Source: Candidatus Blautia merdipullorum
GTDB lineage: Bacteria; Bacillota; Clostridia; Lachnospirales; Lachnospiraceae
Direction: 5' to 3'
Length of the DNA stretch: 59,260 nt
NCBI GenBank assembly: GCA_019118685.1
Contig: DWYL01000080.1
Coordinates: forward strand, 1 to 59,260
A program made the translations under genes and the position numbers. Shown piece by piece: positions 20,819-30,514 of the stretch (position 1 is its first letter; every line of letters begins with the position of its first letter). The notes beneath the pieces were generated by a model. The model made no database searches. It was not told the origin of the DNA and was given only the letters and a program-made list of their open reading frames with translations.

Positions 20819-21915
20819 ATAAAGAGGATAAAGCAGAAAAACGTATTATCAAGGACAGTCTTTTTCCGATCTCTCTTTTCGCCATTTATCTGGGTGTTCT
20901 GCTGCTGATGTCAGGAATCCATCAGGGATTGGTGGTGCTGATGAATACTCTTGAATTGAACGGCTTTATCCAGACCCTTATTCCTACCATTTACTGGACT
21001 GCTGTGGCGGCAGGGCTCACTCTTTTTACAAGGAAGAAAGTGAAAGATACCTATGAGGAACCTCTCCACCGGCTTGCAGATGCCACCCAACAGGTAGCAG
21101 GAGGGGATTTCTCTGTCTATGTTCCCACGATCCACACTGCAGACAGGCTGGATTACCTGGATGTGATGATCCTGGATTTTAATAAGATGGTGGAAGAACT
21201 GGGAAGTGTGGAGACCTTAAAGACAGATTTTGTTTCTAATGTTTCTCACGAAATGAAGACGCCTATTGCCGTTATTAAAAATTATGCGGAGCTTCTCCAG
21301 ATGAAAAATGCCAGTGACGGGGAAAAGGCAGAATATGCCAGAAATATTGAAGAGGCCGCCGGGCACTTGTCCGCCTTGATCAGCAATATTCTGAAGCTGA
21401 ATAAGCTGGAAAACCAGAGGATCGACCCGGAGATCGAAAGCTATGATCTCTGCGGGCAGCTGGAGGAATGTATCCTTCAGTATGAGGAACTGTGGGATGA
21501 AAAAGAACTGGAGCTGGAAGTGGATATGGAAGAAAAAGCGGTGATACAGGCAGATCCCAGTCTGATGGAGCTGGTGTGGAACAATCTTCTCTCCAACGCC
21601 ATTAAATTTACAGAGCAGGGGGGAAAAGTGACGGTACGCCAAGCCACGGAAGCAGAATATGTGGAAGTTTCTGTATCGGATACAGGATGCGGAATGAGCA
21701 AGGAAAGTATCCGGCATATTTTTGACAAGTTTTACCAGGGCGATACCTCCCATTCCAAAGAAGGAAATGGACTTGGACTGGCGCTGGTGAAAAGAATCCT
21801 GGTTTTGATGAATGGAGATATCCAGGTGGTCAGCCAAGAAGGAAAAGGAAGCACCTTTACAGTAAAGCTTCCCAGACGAATGGATAATGAAAATGGGGCG
21901 GAGGTTGATAAATAA
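20815..21915 (+). CDS. Sensor histidine kinase (2 TM, HAMP, very short external loop)
   Basis: H-box SNVSHEMKTP, N-box NLLSNAIKF, DTGCG, FDKFYQGD, GNGLGL. Confidence 0.95.
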   Translation: MNKEDKAEKRIIKDSLFPISLFAIYLGVLLLMSGIHQGLVVLMNTLELNGFIQTLIPTIYWTAVAAGLTLFTRKKVKDTYEEPLHRLADATQQVAGGDFSVYVPTIHTADRLDYLDVMILDFNKMVEELGSVETLKTDFVSNVSHEMKTPIAVIKNYAELLQMKNASDGEKAEYARNIEEAAGHLSALISNILKLNKLENQRIDPEIESYDLCGQLEECILQYEELWDEKELELEVDMEEKAVIQADPSLMELVWNNLLSNAIKFTEQGGKVTVRQATEAEYVEVSVSDTGCGMSKESIRHIFDKFYQGDTSHSKEGNGLGLALVKRILVLMNGDIQVVSQEGKGSTFTVKLPRRMDNENGAEVDK

Positions 21916-22481
21916 TGGAAAATGAGAACAGAAGAGGCAAAAGCTTTATTGCCTATGAGTATAAAGAAGTGTCTGCAGATCCCGGGCAGATTTCCTTTCT
22001 CATAGACGGATATGAAAATTTTGGATGGGAAGTGGACGAGAATGCTATCCAGTATACTCCGGAAAAATATCCGGCGGAAGGAGGACCCCACAGAAAGAAA
22101 ACTGTGTTGAGATTAAAGAGAAACCGGAAGATCATCAACAAGATGGAGCTTACCAGACTTCAGAGAAACTTTGAAGCCTGTGTTGCAGAGATAGAAAATC
22201 TGGAAAAAGAAAAGACTTCCCGTCCTGCAATACAATCTTTATCAGTGGGAATCCTGGGGACTGCTTTTATGGCGGGATCTACATTTGCCGTGACGGCAGA
22301 TCCGCCGATGATACTGCTATGTATTATCCTGGCTGTGCCAGGATTTCTGGGATGGATCTTTCCTTATTTTTTATATAAATGGGGCGTCAGAAGACAGACA
22401 GAGAGGATCACGCCTCTCATAGAAGAAAAATACGACGAGATCTATGAAATCTGTGAAAAAGGGAACAAACTGCTGAATTGA
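21915..22481 (+). CDS. Hypothetical 2-TM membrane protein coupled to the two-component system
   Basis: TAATG overlap with the kinase stop; YENFGWE motif and two hydrophobic helices. Confidence 0.75.
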   Translation: MENENRRGKSFIAYEYKEVSADPGQISFLIDGYENFGWEVDENAIQYTPEKYPAEGGPHRKKTVLRLKRNRKIINKMELTRLQRNFEACVAEIENLEKEKTSRPAIQSLSVGILGTAFMAGSTFAVTADPPMILLCIILAVPGFLGWIFPYFLYKWGVRRQTERITPLIEEKYDEIYEICEKGNKLLN

Positions 22482-23530
22482 AGAAGGAGAGACATGTGAT
22501 GGGAGAAAAAAGGCTGAAAGCGGAGAAAATTTTGCTGCTGTCCGTAAAAATTGCGATCGGAGCCAGTCTGGCTATTTACATTGCGGAATATCTCCGGCTG
22601 GAGAACGCCGCTTCTGCAGGGATCATTACCCTCCTTTCTGTTTTGACAACAAAATGGGGGACCCTGAAGCTTTCTCTTCTGAGGATTGTCACATTTCTGG
22701 CAACCGTGGCAGGGTGCTGGCTGATTTTCCAGTATGTTCAGGGGGACTGGATAGGGTTCGGCATATTTCTCTTCTTTATGGTGATCCTTTGTGAGCTGAC
22801 CGGTCTTCGCAATACTTTGTCTGTAAATGCAGTAATTGCCACACACATATTGACTGCCCGGGATTTTTCCGCGGATTTTTTTGTAAATGAGCTTCTCCTG
22901 GTGCTGATCGGAGTGGCGCTTGCTTTCCTTTTAAACCTTTTTCACGGAAACAGAAGCCACAAAAAAGTAATTATAGAAAATATGCGCTATACAGAACAGC
23001 AGCTGCAGGAAATCCTGGAAAGGCTGGCTGTTTATCTATCGGGCAAAAACACGGAGGGAAGTGTGTGGGCAGAGATTAGCCGTCTGGAGGACAAACTGAA
23101 AATTTTTATTGAACAGGCCTATGAGTATCAAAACAATACCTGGCATTTCCACCCCGCCTACTACATCGATTATTTTGAAATGAGAAGGAAACAATATACC
23201 ATTCTCCATAATCTTCACTACGAGATCAAAAAAATAAGGAATATGCCGGATCAGGCGGCGGTAGTGGCAGACTATATCCGCTATCTGAAAACATATGTGA
23301 CAGAGATGAACGATCCAAAAGAGCAGATCGAGAACCTCCATAAGATCCTGAAGGATATGGAGATGGTTCAGCTTCCCAAAAGCTGGGAAGAATTTGAGGG
23401 AAAAGCCAAGGTATACCATATCATGATGGATTTGGAAGAATTTCTGATCTATAAGAAACGGTTCGTGGAATCCCTTGATGAGAAAAAATTGAGGATATAC
23501 TGGAATAAAGAAAAGAAGCTGTCGCATTAA
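22478..23530 (+). CDS. Aromatic acid exporter family (DUF939/FUSC-like) membrane protein
   Basis: KIAIGASLAIYIA...SAGIITLLS N-terminal TM block; YIDYFEMR and LPKSWEEFE C-terminal motifs; start probably 22496 or 22499. Confidence 0.82.
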   Translation: MKKERHVMGEKRLKAEKILLLSVKIAIGASLAIYIAEYLRLENAASAGIITLLSVLTTKWGTLKLSLLRIVTFLATVAGCWLIFQYVQGDWIGFGIFLFFMVILCELTGLRNTLSVNAVIATHILTARDFSADFFVNELLLVLIGVALAFLLNLFHGNRSHKKVIIENMRYTEQQLQEILERLAVYLSGKNTEGSVWAEISRLEDKLKIFIEQAYEYQNNTWHFHPAYYIDYFEMRRKQYTILHNLHYEIKKIRNMPDQAAVVADYIRYLKTYVTEMNDPKEQIENLHKILKDMEMVQLPKSWEEFEGKAKVYHIMMDLEEFLIYKKRFVESLDEKKLRIYWNKEKKLSH

Positions 23531-23663
23531 TCAAAATCAAGAATATTTGTACATTTTATTGCTCAGTCTGTGCCGCTTTGAGCCTATGGTCTCAAAGCTA
23601 TGCTCGACAAATTCGCATAAAATGTACAAATATTCCTGATATATGTTTGCGGCAGCTTCTTTT
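23511..23663. repeat. Nested-palindrome interspersed element, copy 1
   Basis: Outer IR AAAAGAAGCTGTCGCA/TGCGGCAGCTTCTTTT, inner IR GAATATTTGTACATTTTAT/ATAAAATGTACAAATATTC, apical GCTTTGAG/CTCAAAGC; core matches the reverse complement of 48604-48706. Confidence 0.9.
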
Positions 23664-23670
23664 TGGTCTT

Positions 23671-24150
23671 TTATAGATCCAAAGAGTCTGTCCATGCAGC
23701 CAGAGCTTCCTTGGAGGGTCTTCCGTTCAGAAGTTTTCCCGGCTTCCAGTTAATGGAAGGATACTGCTGCTGAAGTTTTTTCTCACAATTTTCAATGCCG
23801 CTGCTGCCGGAAGTGGCAAAGGGGACCAGGGTTTTTCCGGTAAAGTCATAGGCTTCTAAAAAGGTATTGATAATAGTAGGAGCTACATACCACCAGACAG
23901 GGAAGCCTAAAAAGATCACATCATAACCGCTGATATCCAGGTCTCCTTTGAAAATTTCGGGACGTGAAGAAGGATCATTCATTTCTACAGAACTGCGGCT
24001 CTTTTTATCCATCCAGTCCAGATCAGCGGATGTATAAGGGACTTCAGGACGGATCTGGTATAAATCAGCATCCGCACATTCAGCCAGACCTTTTGCAACA
24101 GCTTCTGTCACACCGCTTGCGGAAAAATATGCGACTAATTTCTTACTCAT
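23671..24150 (-). CDS. Flavodoxin
   Basis: [26 protein letters not shown]; start MSKK after GGAGG. Confidence 0.9.
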   Translation of the reverse strand: MSKKLVAYFSASGVTEAVAKGLAECADADLYQIRPEVPYTSADLDWMDKKSRSSVEMNDPSSRPEIFKGDLDISGYDVIFLGFPVWWYVAPTIINTFLEAYDFTGKTLVPFATSGSSGIENCEKKLQQQYPSINWKPGKLLNGRPSKEALAAWTDSLDL

Positions 24151-24433
24151 GTCTATACCTCCATTCAGTTTGATTCTGTTCTTTATTATAAGGCTGGTCT
24201 GCAAAAATGTCTAATGCCTAGATGTTATGGAAACAAATGCCTTTACTGTACAGATTTATTCCTGTGAGCAACGAGCCAAGCGGATATGCTTGCATGTCCA
24301 TTTGACTTTTGTAGAGCGGAGAAGGATTTTGGGAAAAGTTGTTTTGAAATCTTATATTATTTGGTTTGACATACGATACAAGAAGAATGGGGTTTATAAT
24401 ATACTATAATCAGATAAAAGGAGGAAAGAAAAC

Positions 24434-27400
24434 ATGAACGTATTTGACTATCAGAAAGTGAAAGACCCCAGATATTTCCGGGACGGAAGACTGGACGCCC
24501 ATTCGGATCACCGGTATTACGCCTCTGCCCAGGAAGCGGAAGAAAAGGAATCCAGGTTTACCGAGAGCCTGAACGGACTTTGGAAATTCCACTATGCCCG
24601 CAATTATGGATCTGCCATACCGGGATTTGAATCTGCGGACTATGACTGCAGAAGCTGGGAGGATATCCGGGTGCCGGCACACATCCAGATGGAGGGTTAT
24701 GATGTGCCGCAGTATGCTAACACCCAGTATCCCTGGGAAGGCCATGAGGAGATCGCTCCCGGAGAGATCCCGGAAAAGTTTAATCCGGTGGCAAGCTATG
24801 TGAAATATTTTGAAGTTCCGGAATCCATGAAGGGCAGAAGACTCTTTATATCCTTTCAGGGTGCAGAAAGCGGTCTGGCTCTCTGGCTGAACGGACATTT
24901 TGTGGGATACAGCGAAGATACCTTCACCCCTTCCGAATTTGAACTGACAGATTATGTTCAGGAGGGAGAAAACAAACTGGCGGCCCAGGTATTTAAATGG
25001 ACTTCCAGCAGCTGGTGCGAGGATCAGGACTTTTACAGATTTTCAGGAATCTACCGGGATGTTTATCTGTATACGGTACCTGATGTACATATCCGTGATC
25101 TGAGAATCCGGGCTGTTCCGGACGAGACCCTGACAAAGGGCATCCTGGAGATCTGCACAGAAGCCTGGGGAGAAGGAAAAGCGGAAATCTGCCTTACAAA
25201 AGACGGACAGACTTTCCAGGGAGCCTTTGACCTGAAGGATGGGGGCATTACCATGGAGATCGAAAATCCTGTTCTGTGGAGTGCGGAGGATCCTCAGCTT
25301 TATGATCTTACGATTCAGGTATATGACAGAGCAGGGAAACTTCAGGAATATATCCCGGAGCGTGTAGGTTTCCGGAGATTTGAGATGAAAGACAGGATCA
25401 TGACCCTGAACGGAAAACGGATTGTCTTTAAAGGGGTAAACCGTCATGAATTCAGTTCCGTTACCGGCCGTCATGTTTCAGAAGAAGAACTTATCAAAGA
25501 TCTGAAGACTATGAAACAGAACAACATTAACGCCATCCGTACCTGCCATTATCCTGACGCCTCTCTGATCTATCGTCTCTGTGATGAATACGGACTGTAT
25601 ATGATCGATGAGACTAACCTGGAATCTCACGGATCCTGGGATACGGTGGAGGCTTCCGGGGATTTTTCAGGGGTAGTGCCCTGCGACCGGCCGGAATGGC
25701 TGGATATGATGCTGGACCGTGCCAACTCTATGTACCAGAGAGATAAGAACCATCCGGCGATCCTGATCTGGTCCTGCGGCAACGAGTCTTTTGGAGGAAA
25801 GGACATTTTTGAAATGTCTCAGTTCTTCCGCAGAGAAGATCCTACCCGTCTGGTCCATTATGAAGGAGTTTTCCATGACCGGAGATACAACGACACCAGC
25901 GATATGGAAAGCCAGATGTATACTTCTGTGGAGAACATTAAAAAATTCCTGGAAAAAGACAGGAGCAAACCTTTTATCTGCTGCGAATATACTCACGCCA
26001 TGGGAAATTCCTGCGGGGCTATGCATAAATACACGGATCTGACAGATACAGAGCCTTTGTATCAGGGAGGCTTTATCTGGGATTATATTGACCAGACTCT
26101 GTATAAAAAAGACCGGTACGGCAAAGAATTCCAGGCCTACGGCGGAGATTTCGGAGAGCGCCCCACAGACTATGAGTTCAGCGCCAACGGGATTGTTCAC
26201 GGCGGAGAGAGAAATCCCTCCCCCAAAATGCAGGAAGTAAAGTTTAACTATCAGAATATTACAGCACAGGTAGGAGAAGACCAGGTAAAGGTGATCAATA
26301 AGAACCTGTTCCTGAATACCGACTGCTTTGACTGTGTGGTAACTGTAGAAAGAGAAGGAAAAGTGATCCGCAGGGCAAAACTGGAGACAGCTGTAGCCCC
26401 CTTATCAGAGAAAACTTATTCCCTGCCGGTGGCAAAGGAGACAAAGGCCGGAGAATATGTGGTTACGGTATCTTTTCTTCTGAAAGAGGATACCGCCTGG
26501 GCGCCTAAGGGACATGAGGTTGCTTTCGGACAGTATGTTTATAAGGTACAGGGAGAAAGGAAGAAATGCGGGAAAAAGATCGAAGTGATCAGAAGCACTC
26601 ACAACATCGGCCTGCGGGGCGAGAGCTTTGAAGTGCTCTTCTCCGGACTGAACGGAGGCCTGGCTTCCTACAAATACGGCGGAAAGGAAATGATCGAGGC
26701 CATTCCCAAACCCAATTTCTGGAGAGCGCCTACGGATAATGACAATGGAAACTTTATGGCTGCAAGATATGGCCAGTGGAAGATCGCCAGTCTGTATGCT
26801 ACCCACAAAGACTACCGTGAGAATACCTACGCCAGAATCCTGGAGCCTGAGCTGGAAACAGAGGATAATAAAGCGAAGGTGACCTTTACCTATATTCTTC
26901 CGACTACGCCCAATGCCCAGTGCCGGCTGTCCTATGAAGTGGACGGAGATGGAAGAGTAAAGACGGCCCTTTCCTATGATCCGGTGAAAGAGCTGGGAGA
27001 TATGCCGGAATTCGGCGTAATGTTTAAGCTCAGCGCAGATTATGATCATCTGGAATGGTACGGTCTGGGCCCTGCTGAGACCTATGCTGACCGGTGCAAG
27101 GGTGCCAGACTGGGCGTTTACAGGAATCTGGTGAAAGACAACATGGCTGCCTATATCGTGCCTCAGGAATGCGGAGCAAAGACCGGGGTCCGGTATGCAA
27201 AAGTAACAGACAGGAAGGGAAGAGGTATGCTCTTTGAAATGGATCCGAATTGCGGCCCGATGATGTTTTCCGCACTGCCTTATACCCCCCATGAACTGGA
27301 GAACGCCAGACATCCCTATGAGCTTCCGGAGGTTCATTATACAGTAGTCCGGGCGGCTCTGGGCCAGATGGGCGTGGGAGGAGACGACAGCTGGGGAAGT

Positions 27401-27472
27401 CCCACACATCCGGAATACCTGCTGAAAGCAGACAAGAAAATGGAATTTTCTTTCAGCTTTAGAGGAATTTAA
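24434..27472 (+). CDS. lacZ: Beta-galactosidase, GH2 (LacZ/LacL type)
   Basis: GVNRHE, NAIRTCHYP, WSCGNES (acid/base), CEYTHAMGNS (nucleophile), GVGGDDSWG. Confidence 0.95.
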   Translation: MNVFDYQKVKDPRYFRDGRLDAHSDHRYYASAQEAEEKESRFTESLNGLWKFHYARNYGSAIPGFESADYDCRSWEDIRVPAHIQMEGYDVPQYANTQYPWEGHEEIAPGEIPEKFNPVASYVKYFEVPESMKGRRLFISFQGAESGLALWLNGHFVGYSEDTFTPSEFELTDYVQEGENKLAAQVFKWTSSSWCEDQDFYRFSGIYRDVYLYTVPDVHIRDLRIRAVPDETLTKGILEICTEAWGEGKAEICLTKDGQTFQGAFDLKDGGITMEIENPVLWSAEDPQLYDLTIQVYDRAGKLQEYIPERVGFRRFEMKDRIMTLNGKRIVFKGVNRHEFSSVTGRHVSEEELIKDLKTMKQNNINAIRTCHYPDASLIYRLCDEYGLYMIDETNLESHGSWDTVEASGDFSGVVPCDRPEWLDMMLDRANSMYQRDKNHPAILIWSCGNESFGGKDIFEMSQFFRREDPTRLVHYEGVFHDRRYNDTSDMESQMYTSVENIKKFLEKDRSKPFICCEYTHAMGNSCGAMHKYTDLTDTEPLYQGGFIWDYIDQTLYKKDRYGKEFQAYGGDFGERPTDYEFSANGIVHGGERNPSPKMQEVKFNYQNITAQVGEDQVKVINKNLFLNTDCFDCVVTVEREGKVIRRAKLETAVAPLSEKTYSLPVAKETKAGEYVVTVSFLLKEDTAWAPKGHEVAFGQYVYKVQGERKKCGKKIEVIRSTHNIGLRGESFEVLFSGLNGGLASYKYGGKEMIEAIPKPNFWRAPTDNDNGNFMAARYGQWKIASLYATHKDYRENTYARILEPELETEDNKAKVTFTYILPTTPNAQCRLSYEVDGDGRVKTALSYDPVKELGDMPEFGVMFKLSADYDHLEWYGLGPAETYADRCKGARLGVYRNLVKDNMAAYIVPQECGAKTGVRYAKVTDRKGRGMLFEMDPNCGPMMFSALPYTPHELENARHPYELPEVHYTVVRAALGQMGVGGDDSWGSPTHPEYLLKADKKMEFSFSFRGI

Positions 27473-27540
27473 GGATTTCCAGGCTTTGATCTCCGGAATT
27501 TTATAGGGACTTTGACTCTTGTGCTTTTTTCAAATTTATG

Positions 27541-27597
27541 TTACCCTCTATTGTCAGGGATACCTGCGTCTGCAGGTGTCCCTGGGATAGAGGGTAA
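27541..27597. other. Long hairpin between lacZ and the metal-transporter gene
   Basis: TTACCCTCTAT..CAGGGATACCTGC-GTCT-GCAGGTGTCCCTG..ATAGAGGGTAA. Confidence 0.75.
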
Positions 27598-27632
27598 TTT
27601 GTATGAATATGAAAAGAAGCCTGTAAGGCAGA

Positions 27633-28550
27633 ATGGAGATGTTTATGACAGAATTGATCTGGCATGTTCTTATGCATGCGGTTACGGACACACTCCGGCT
27701 GGTGCCTTTTCTCTTCCTTACGTATCTGGTAATGGAGTATCTGGAGCACAAAACTCAGAAGACTACCCAGGAAATGATACGGAAAGCAGGAAAGCTGGGA
27801 CCATTGATCGGAGGGATCGCAGGAGTGTTTCCTCAGTGTGGATTTTCTGCGGCAGCTTCCAGCTTTTATGCCGGAGGAGTGATCTCTGTAGGCACTTTGA
27901 TGGCAGTCTTTTTGTCCACTTCCGACGAAATGCTGCCTATCTTTATTTCTGAATCAGTGGAACTCCCGGTGATCCTGAAAATCCTGGGGGTAAAGATCCT
28001 GATCGGAGCAGTTTCCGGCTTTGTCCTTGACATTCTCTGGAGAGCAGGAAGCAGGAAGAGAAAGGAATACCATGAACACAGACATATCCATAAGGAACAT
28101 CATGAAAAGGATATCCATGACCTGTGTGAACATGAGCATTGTCATTGTGAAGAGGGCAGTATCCTGAAATCAGCAGTGATCCACTCTCTTCAGATCACGT
28201 TGTTTATTTTTCTGGTGACACTGGTGATCGGATTTCTGGTGGAGGTCCTGGGAGAAGATCAGATCGGAGCCATTATCGGAAGCCAGCCGGTGCTGGGAGT
28301 CCTGCTGGCCGGCCTGGTGGGAATGATCCCTAACTGTGCCGGTTCTGTGATCATTACTCAGATGTACCTGGGCGGGATCCTGGGTACAGGACAGATGCTG
28401 GCAGGTCTGCTTGCAGGAGCCGGCGTGGGGATCCTGGTTCTTTGCCGGACCAACCGGGGAGCAAAGGAGAATCTTGGGATTATCGGCCTGCTCTATGGGA
28501 TCAGCGTATGCTGGGGAATCCTTTTCGAGGTATTGCAGATCCAGTTTTAA
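27633..28550 (+). CDS. Putative manganese/metal transporter-family membrane protein with His-rich loop
   Basis: PQCGFSAAA, AVFLSTSDEMLP, GMIPNCAGS motifs; loop HEHRHIHKEHHEKDIHDLCEHEHCHC. Confidence 0.78.
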   Translation: MEMFMTELIWHVLMHAVTDTLRLVPFLFLTYLVMEYLEHKTQKTTQEMIRKAGKLGPLIGGIAGVFPQCGFSAAASSFYAGGVISVGTLMAVFLSTSDEMLPIFISESVELPVILKILGVKILIGAVSGFVLDILWRAGSRKRKEYHEHRHIHKEHHEKDIHDLCEHEHCHCEEGSILKSAVIHSLQITLFIFLVTLVIGFLVEVLGEDQIGAIIGSQPVLGVLLAGLVGMIPNCAGSVIITQMYLGGILGTGQMLAGLLAGAGVGILVLCRTNRGAKENLGIIGLLYGISVCWGILFEVLQIQF

Positions 28551-28562
28551 CGGAACTGCTTC

Positions 28563-28621
28563 CATATTTGGTCCAGAGACACTTTGGCAATATTGCCAAT
28601 TGTGTCTCTGGGCCAAATATG
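28563..28621. other. Near-perfect 59-bp palindrome
   Basis: CATATTTGGTCCAGAGACAC.TTGGCAA-TA-TTGCCAA..GTGTCTCTGGGCCAAATATG. Confidence 0.8.
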
Positions 28622-28708
28622 TTATAGTAAAATCACATTTCAGGGATTAAGAATTCTCTTATCCATTTCCCAAAAGCAATATGAAAAACGAAACAGGTAT
28701 GAAAGAGG

Positions 28709-30514
28709 GTGAGGCAAGTAAGTACCCTTGAGAATAGCTCCCCCGGACATAGAAAATATAAGATCATCCGGAAGCTCGGCCAGGGCGGTATGAGTACAGT
28801 TTATCTGGCTGCAGAAGAAAAAACAGACAGGCTGTGGGCGGTAAAAGCAATGAGAAAGCAAAGCACCGGCGATTTTGAGATGGCAAAGCAGAGTCTTTTG
28901 GCGGAAGCTTCTATTCTGAAAAAGTTAAAGCATCCCGGTCTGCCCGAGATAACAGAGGTAATAGAAAGAGAAAATACGGTTTTGATCATTATGGACTATG
29001 TGGAAGGATATTCTCTGGAAAGGATCGTAAAAGAGCAGGGCCCTCAGAGAGAAGAAAATGCAGTAAACTGGGCAAAACAGCTGTGTGATATACTTTCCTA
29101 TCTTCACACCAGGAATCCTCCTGTGATCTACCGGGACATGAAGCCTTCCAATATTATCAGACGGGAGGACGGACGGATCGTTCTCATTGATTTCGGAACA
29201 GCCCGGGAATTTAAAGGGGGACAAAAAAGAGATACGCTCTGTCTGGGAACCAGAGGATATGCTGCTCCGGAACAATACGGAGACAGTGGAGAGACCGATG
29301 GGAGAACAGATATTTATGGACTGGGAGCAACTTTGTATTATCTCCTCACAGGACATAATCCCGGCACCGCTCCTTATGAGATCTGCCCTATACGCCGCTG
29401 GGATCCCTGGCTTTCGCCAGGCCTGGAAAGAATCGTCCAGAAATGCACCAGAAAAAACCCGGAAGACCGGTATCCATCCTGCAAAGCGCTGATGTATGAT
29501 CTGGAGCATTATAAACAGCTGAACAGGAAATATAAGAGACGGCAAAACCTGAGATGGAGAGGATTCCTGGCTGCTTTTTTCATGATGCTATGTGCGGGGA
29601 CGGGAGCCCTGGGATTCTGGAAAGCCGGAGAAAAGGTACGGGAAAGGTCCTATGATCTTTTCCTTTTAGAAGGAGAAAGTCCGGGAGGGCAGGATCCTGA
29701 AGAAAGCATTGAGAATTATCAGAAGGCTATTGGGCTGAAACCATGGGACGGCCGTGCTTATGAAGAACTGCTGGAATTCTTCCTTTGGGAAAATCAGGAG
29801 GGAGAAGAACAGAACCGGGGAGAAGGAATCTGCTTTTTCTCTGTCAGAGAAGAAATGGAGATCAGAAAAGCTCTGGGAAAAAGTCCCTGGAGAGAGAAAA
29901 GTAATGAAGAATATTTACGGGAAAACCAAAAGGATTACGAAAAATTATCTTATGAGCTTGGCCTGGCTTATTTTTATTCCTATCAGGGGACAGGAAACAA
30001 GGCATATTCCAGAAAATGGCTGAAGATAGCAGCAGGAGCCAGGCCTTCGGAAAAATTGGAAAACTCACAGATCCAAAGAGCAGGAAGACTTTGCAAAATA
30101 GCAGAATACTATGGGACTCTTGGGATCATAGACCAGGGAGAGGGGTTTTCTGTCTCGTACCGGGACTATTGGACAGATCTTGTGGAGATATTGGATCAGG
30201 ATCTGAAAAGCAAAAATAAGCTTCAGAGCTTGCTTGCCTGTCAGGAACTGGAGGCACAGATCACAGCAAATGGTTCTAATTTCAAAAAAGAAGGAATTTC
30301 CAGAGAAGAAATGGAAATGCAGATCGACAGAGCGGAGGAAGTTCTGGATCATATGGAAATATTGGAAAGTGATCCGGATGGTGAATATACACAGAAAATG
30401 AAGAATAAGCTGTCAGCCTGCCTTGATGCTGTCAGAGAAGTGATACAAGGTATATTCAACCAGGAAAATATTCAGAAAGGAAGGGGTGTAGACTATGGAA
30501 CAGATACTGAGTAA
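28709..30514 (+). CDS. Hanks-type Ser/Thr protein kinase with TM helix and external helical (TPR-like) domain
   Basis: LGQGGMSTVY, AVK, YRDMKPSN, DFG, GTRGYAAPEQ, DIYGLG; TM helix FLAAFFMMLCAGTGALGFW. Confidence 0.93.
   Translation: MRQVSTLENSSPGHRKYKIIRKLGQGGMSTVYLAAEEKTDRLWAVKAMRKQSTGDFEMAKQSLLAEASILKKLKHPGLPEITEVIERENTVLIIMDYVEGYSLERIVKEQGPQREENAVNWAKQLCDILSYLHTRNPPVIYRDMKPSNIIRREDGRIVLIDFGTAREFKGGQKRDTLCLGTRGYAAPEQYGDSGETDGRTDIYGLGATLYYLLTGHNPGTAPYEICPIRRWDPWLSPGLERIVQKCTRKNPEDRYPSCKALMYDLEHYKQLNRKYKRRQNLRWRGFLAAFFMMLCAGTGALGFWKAGEKVRERSYDLFLLEGESPGGQDPEESIENYQKAIGLKPWDGRAYEELLEFFLWENQEGEEQNRGEGICFFSVREEMEIRKALGKSPWREKSNEEYLRENQKDYEKLSYELGLAYFYSYQGTGNKAYSRKWLKIAAGARPSEKLENSQIQRAGRLCKIAEYYGTLGIIDQGEGFSVSYRDYWTDLVEILDQDLKSKNKLQSLLACQELEAQITANGSNFKKEGISREEMEMQIDRAEEVLDHMEILESDPDGEYTQKMKNKLSACLDAVREVIQGIFNQENIQKGRGVDYGTDTE

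Noticed and set aside
24366-24400. TTGACA...TATAAT promoter for lacZ
   Set aside because: The spacer is 23 nt, too long for a single sigma-A promoter.
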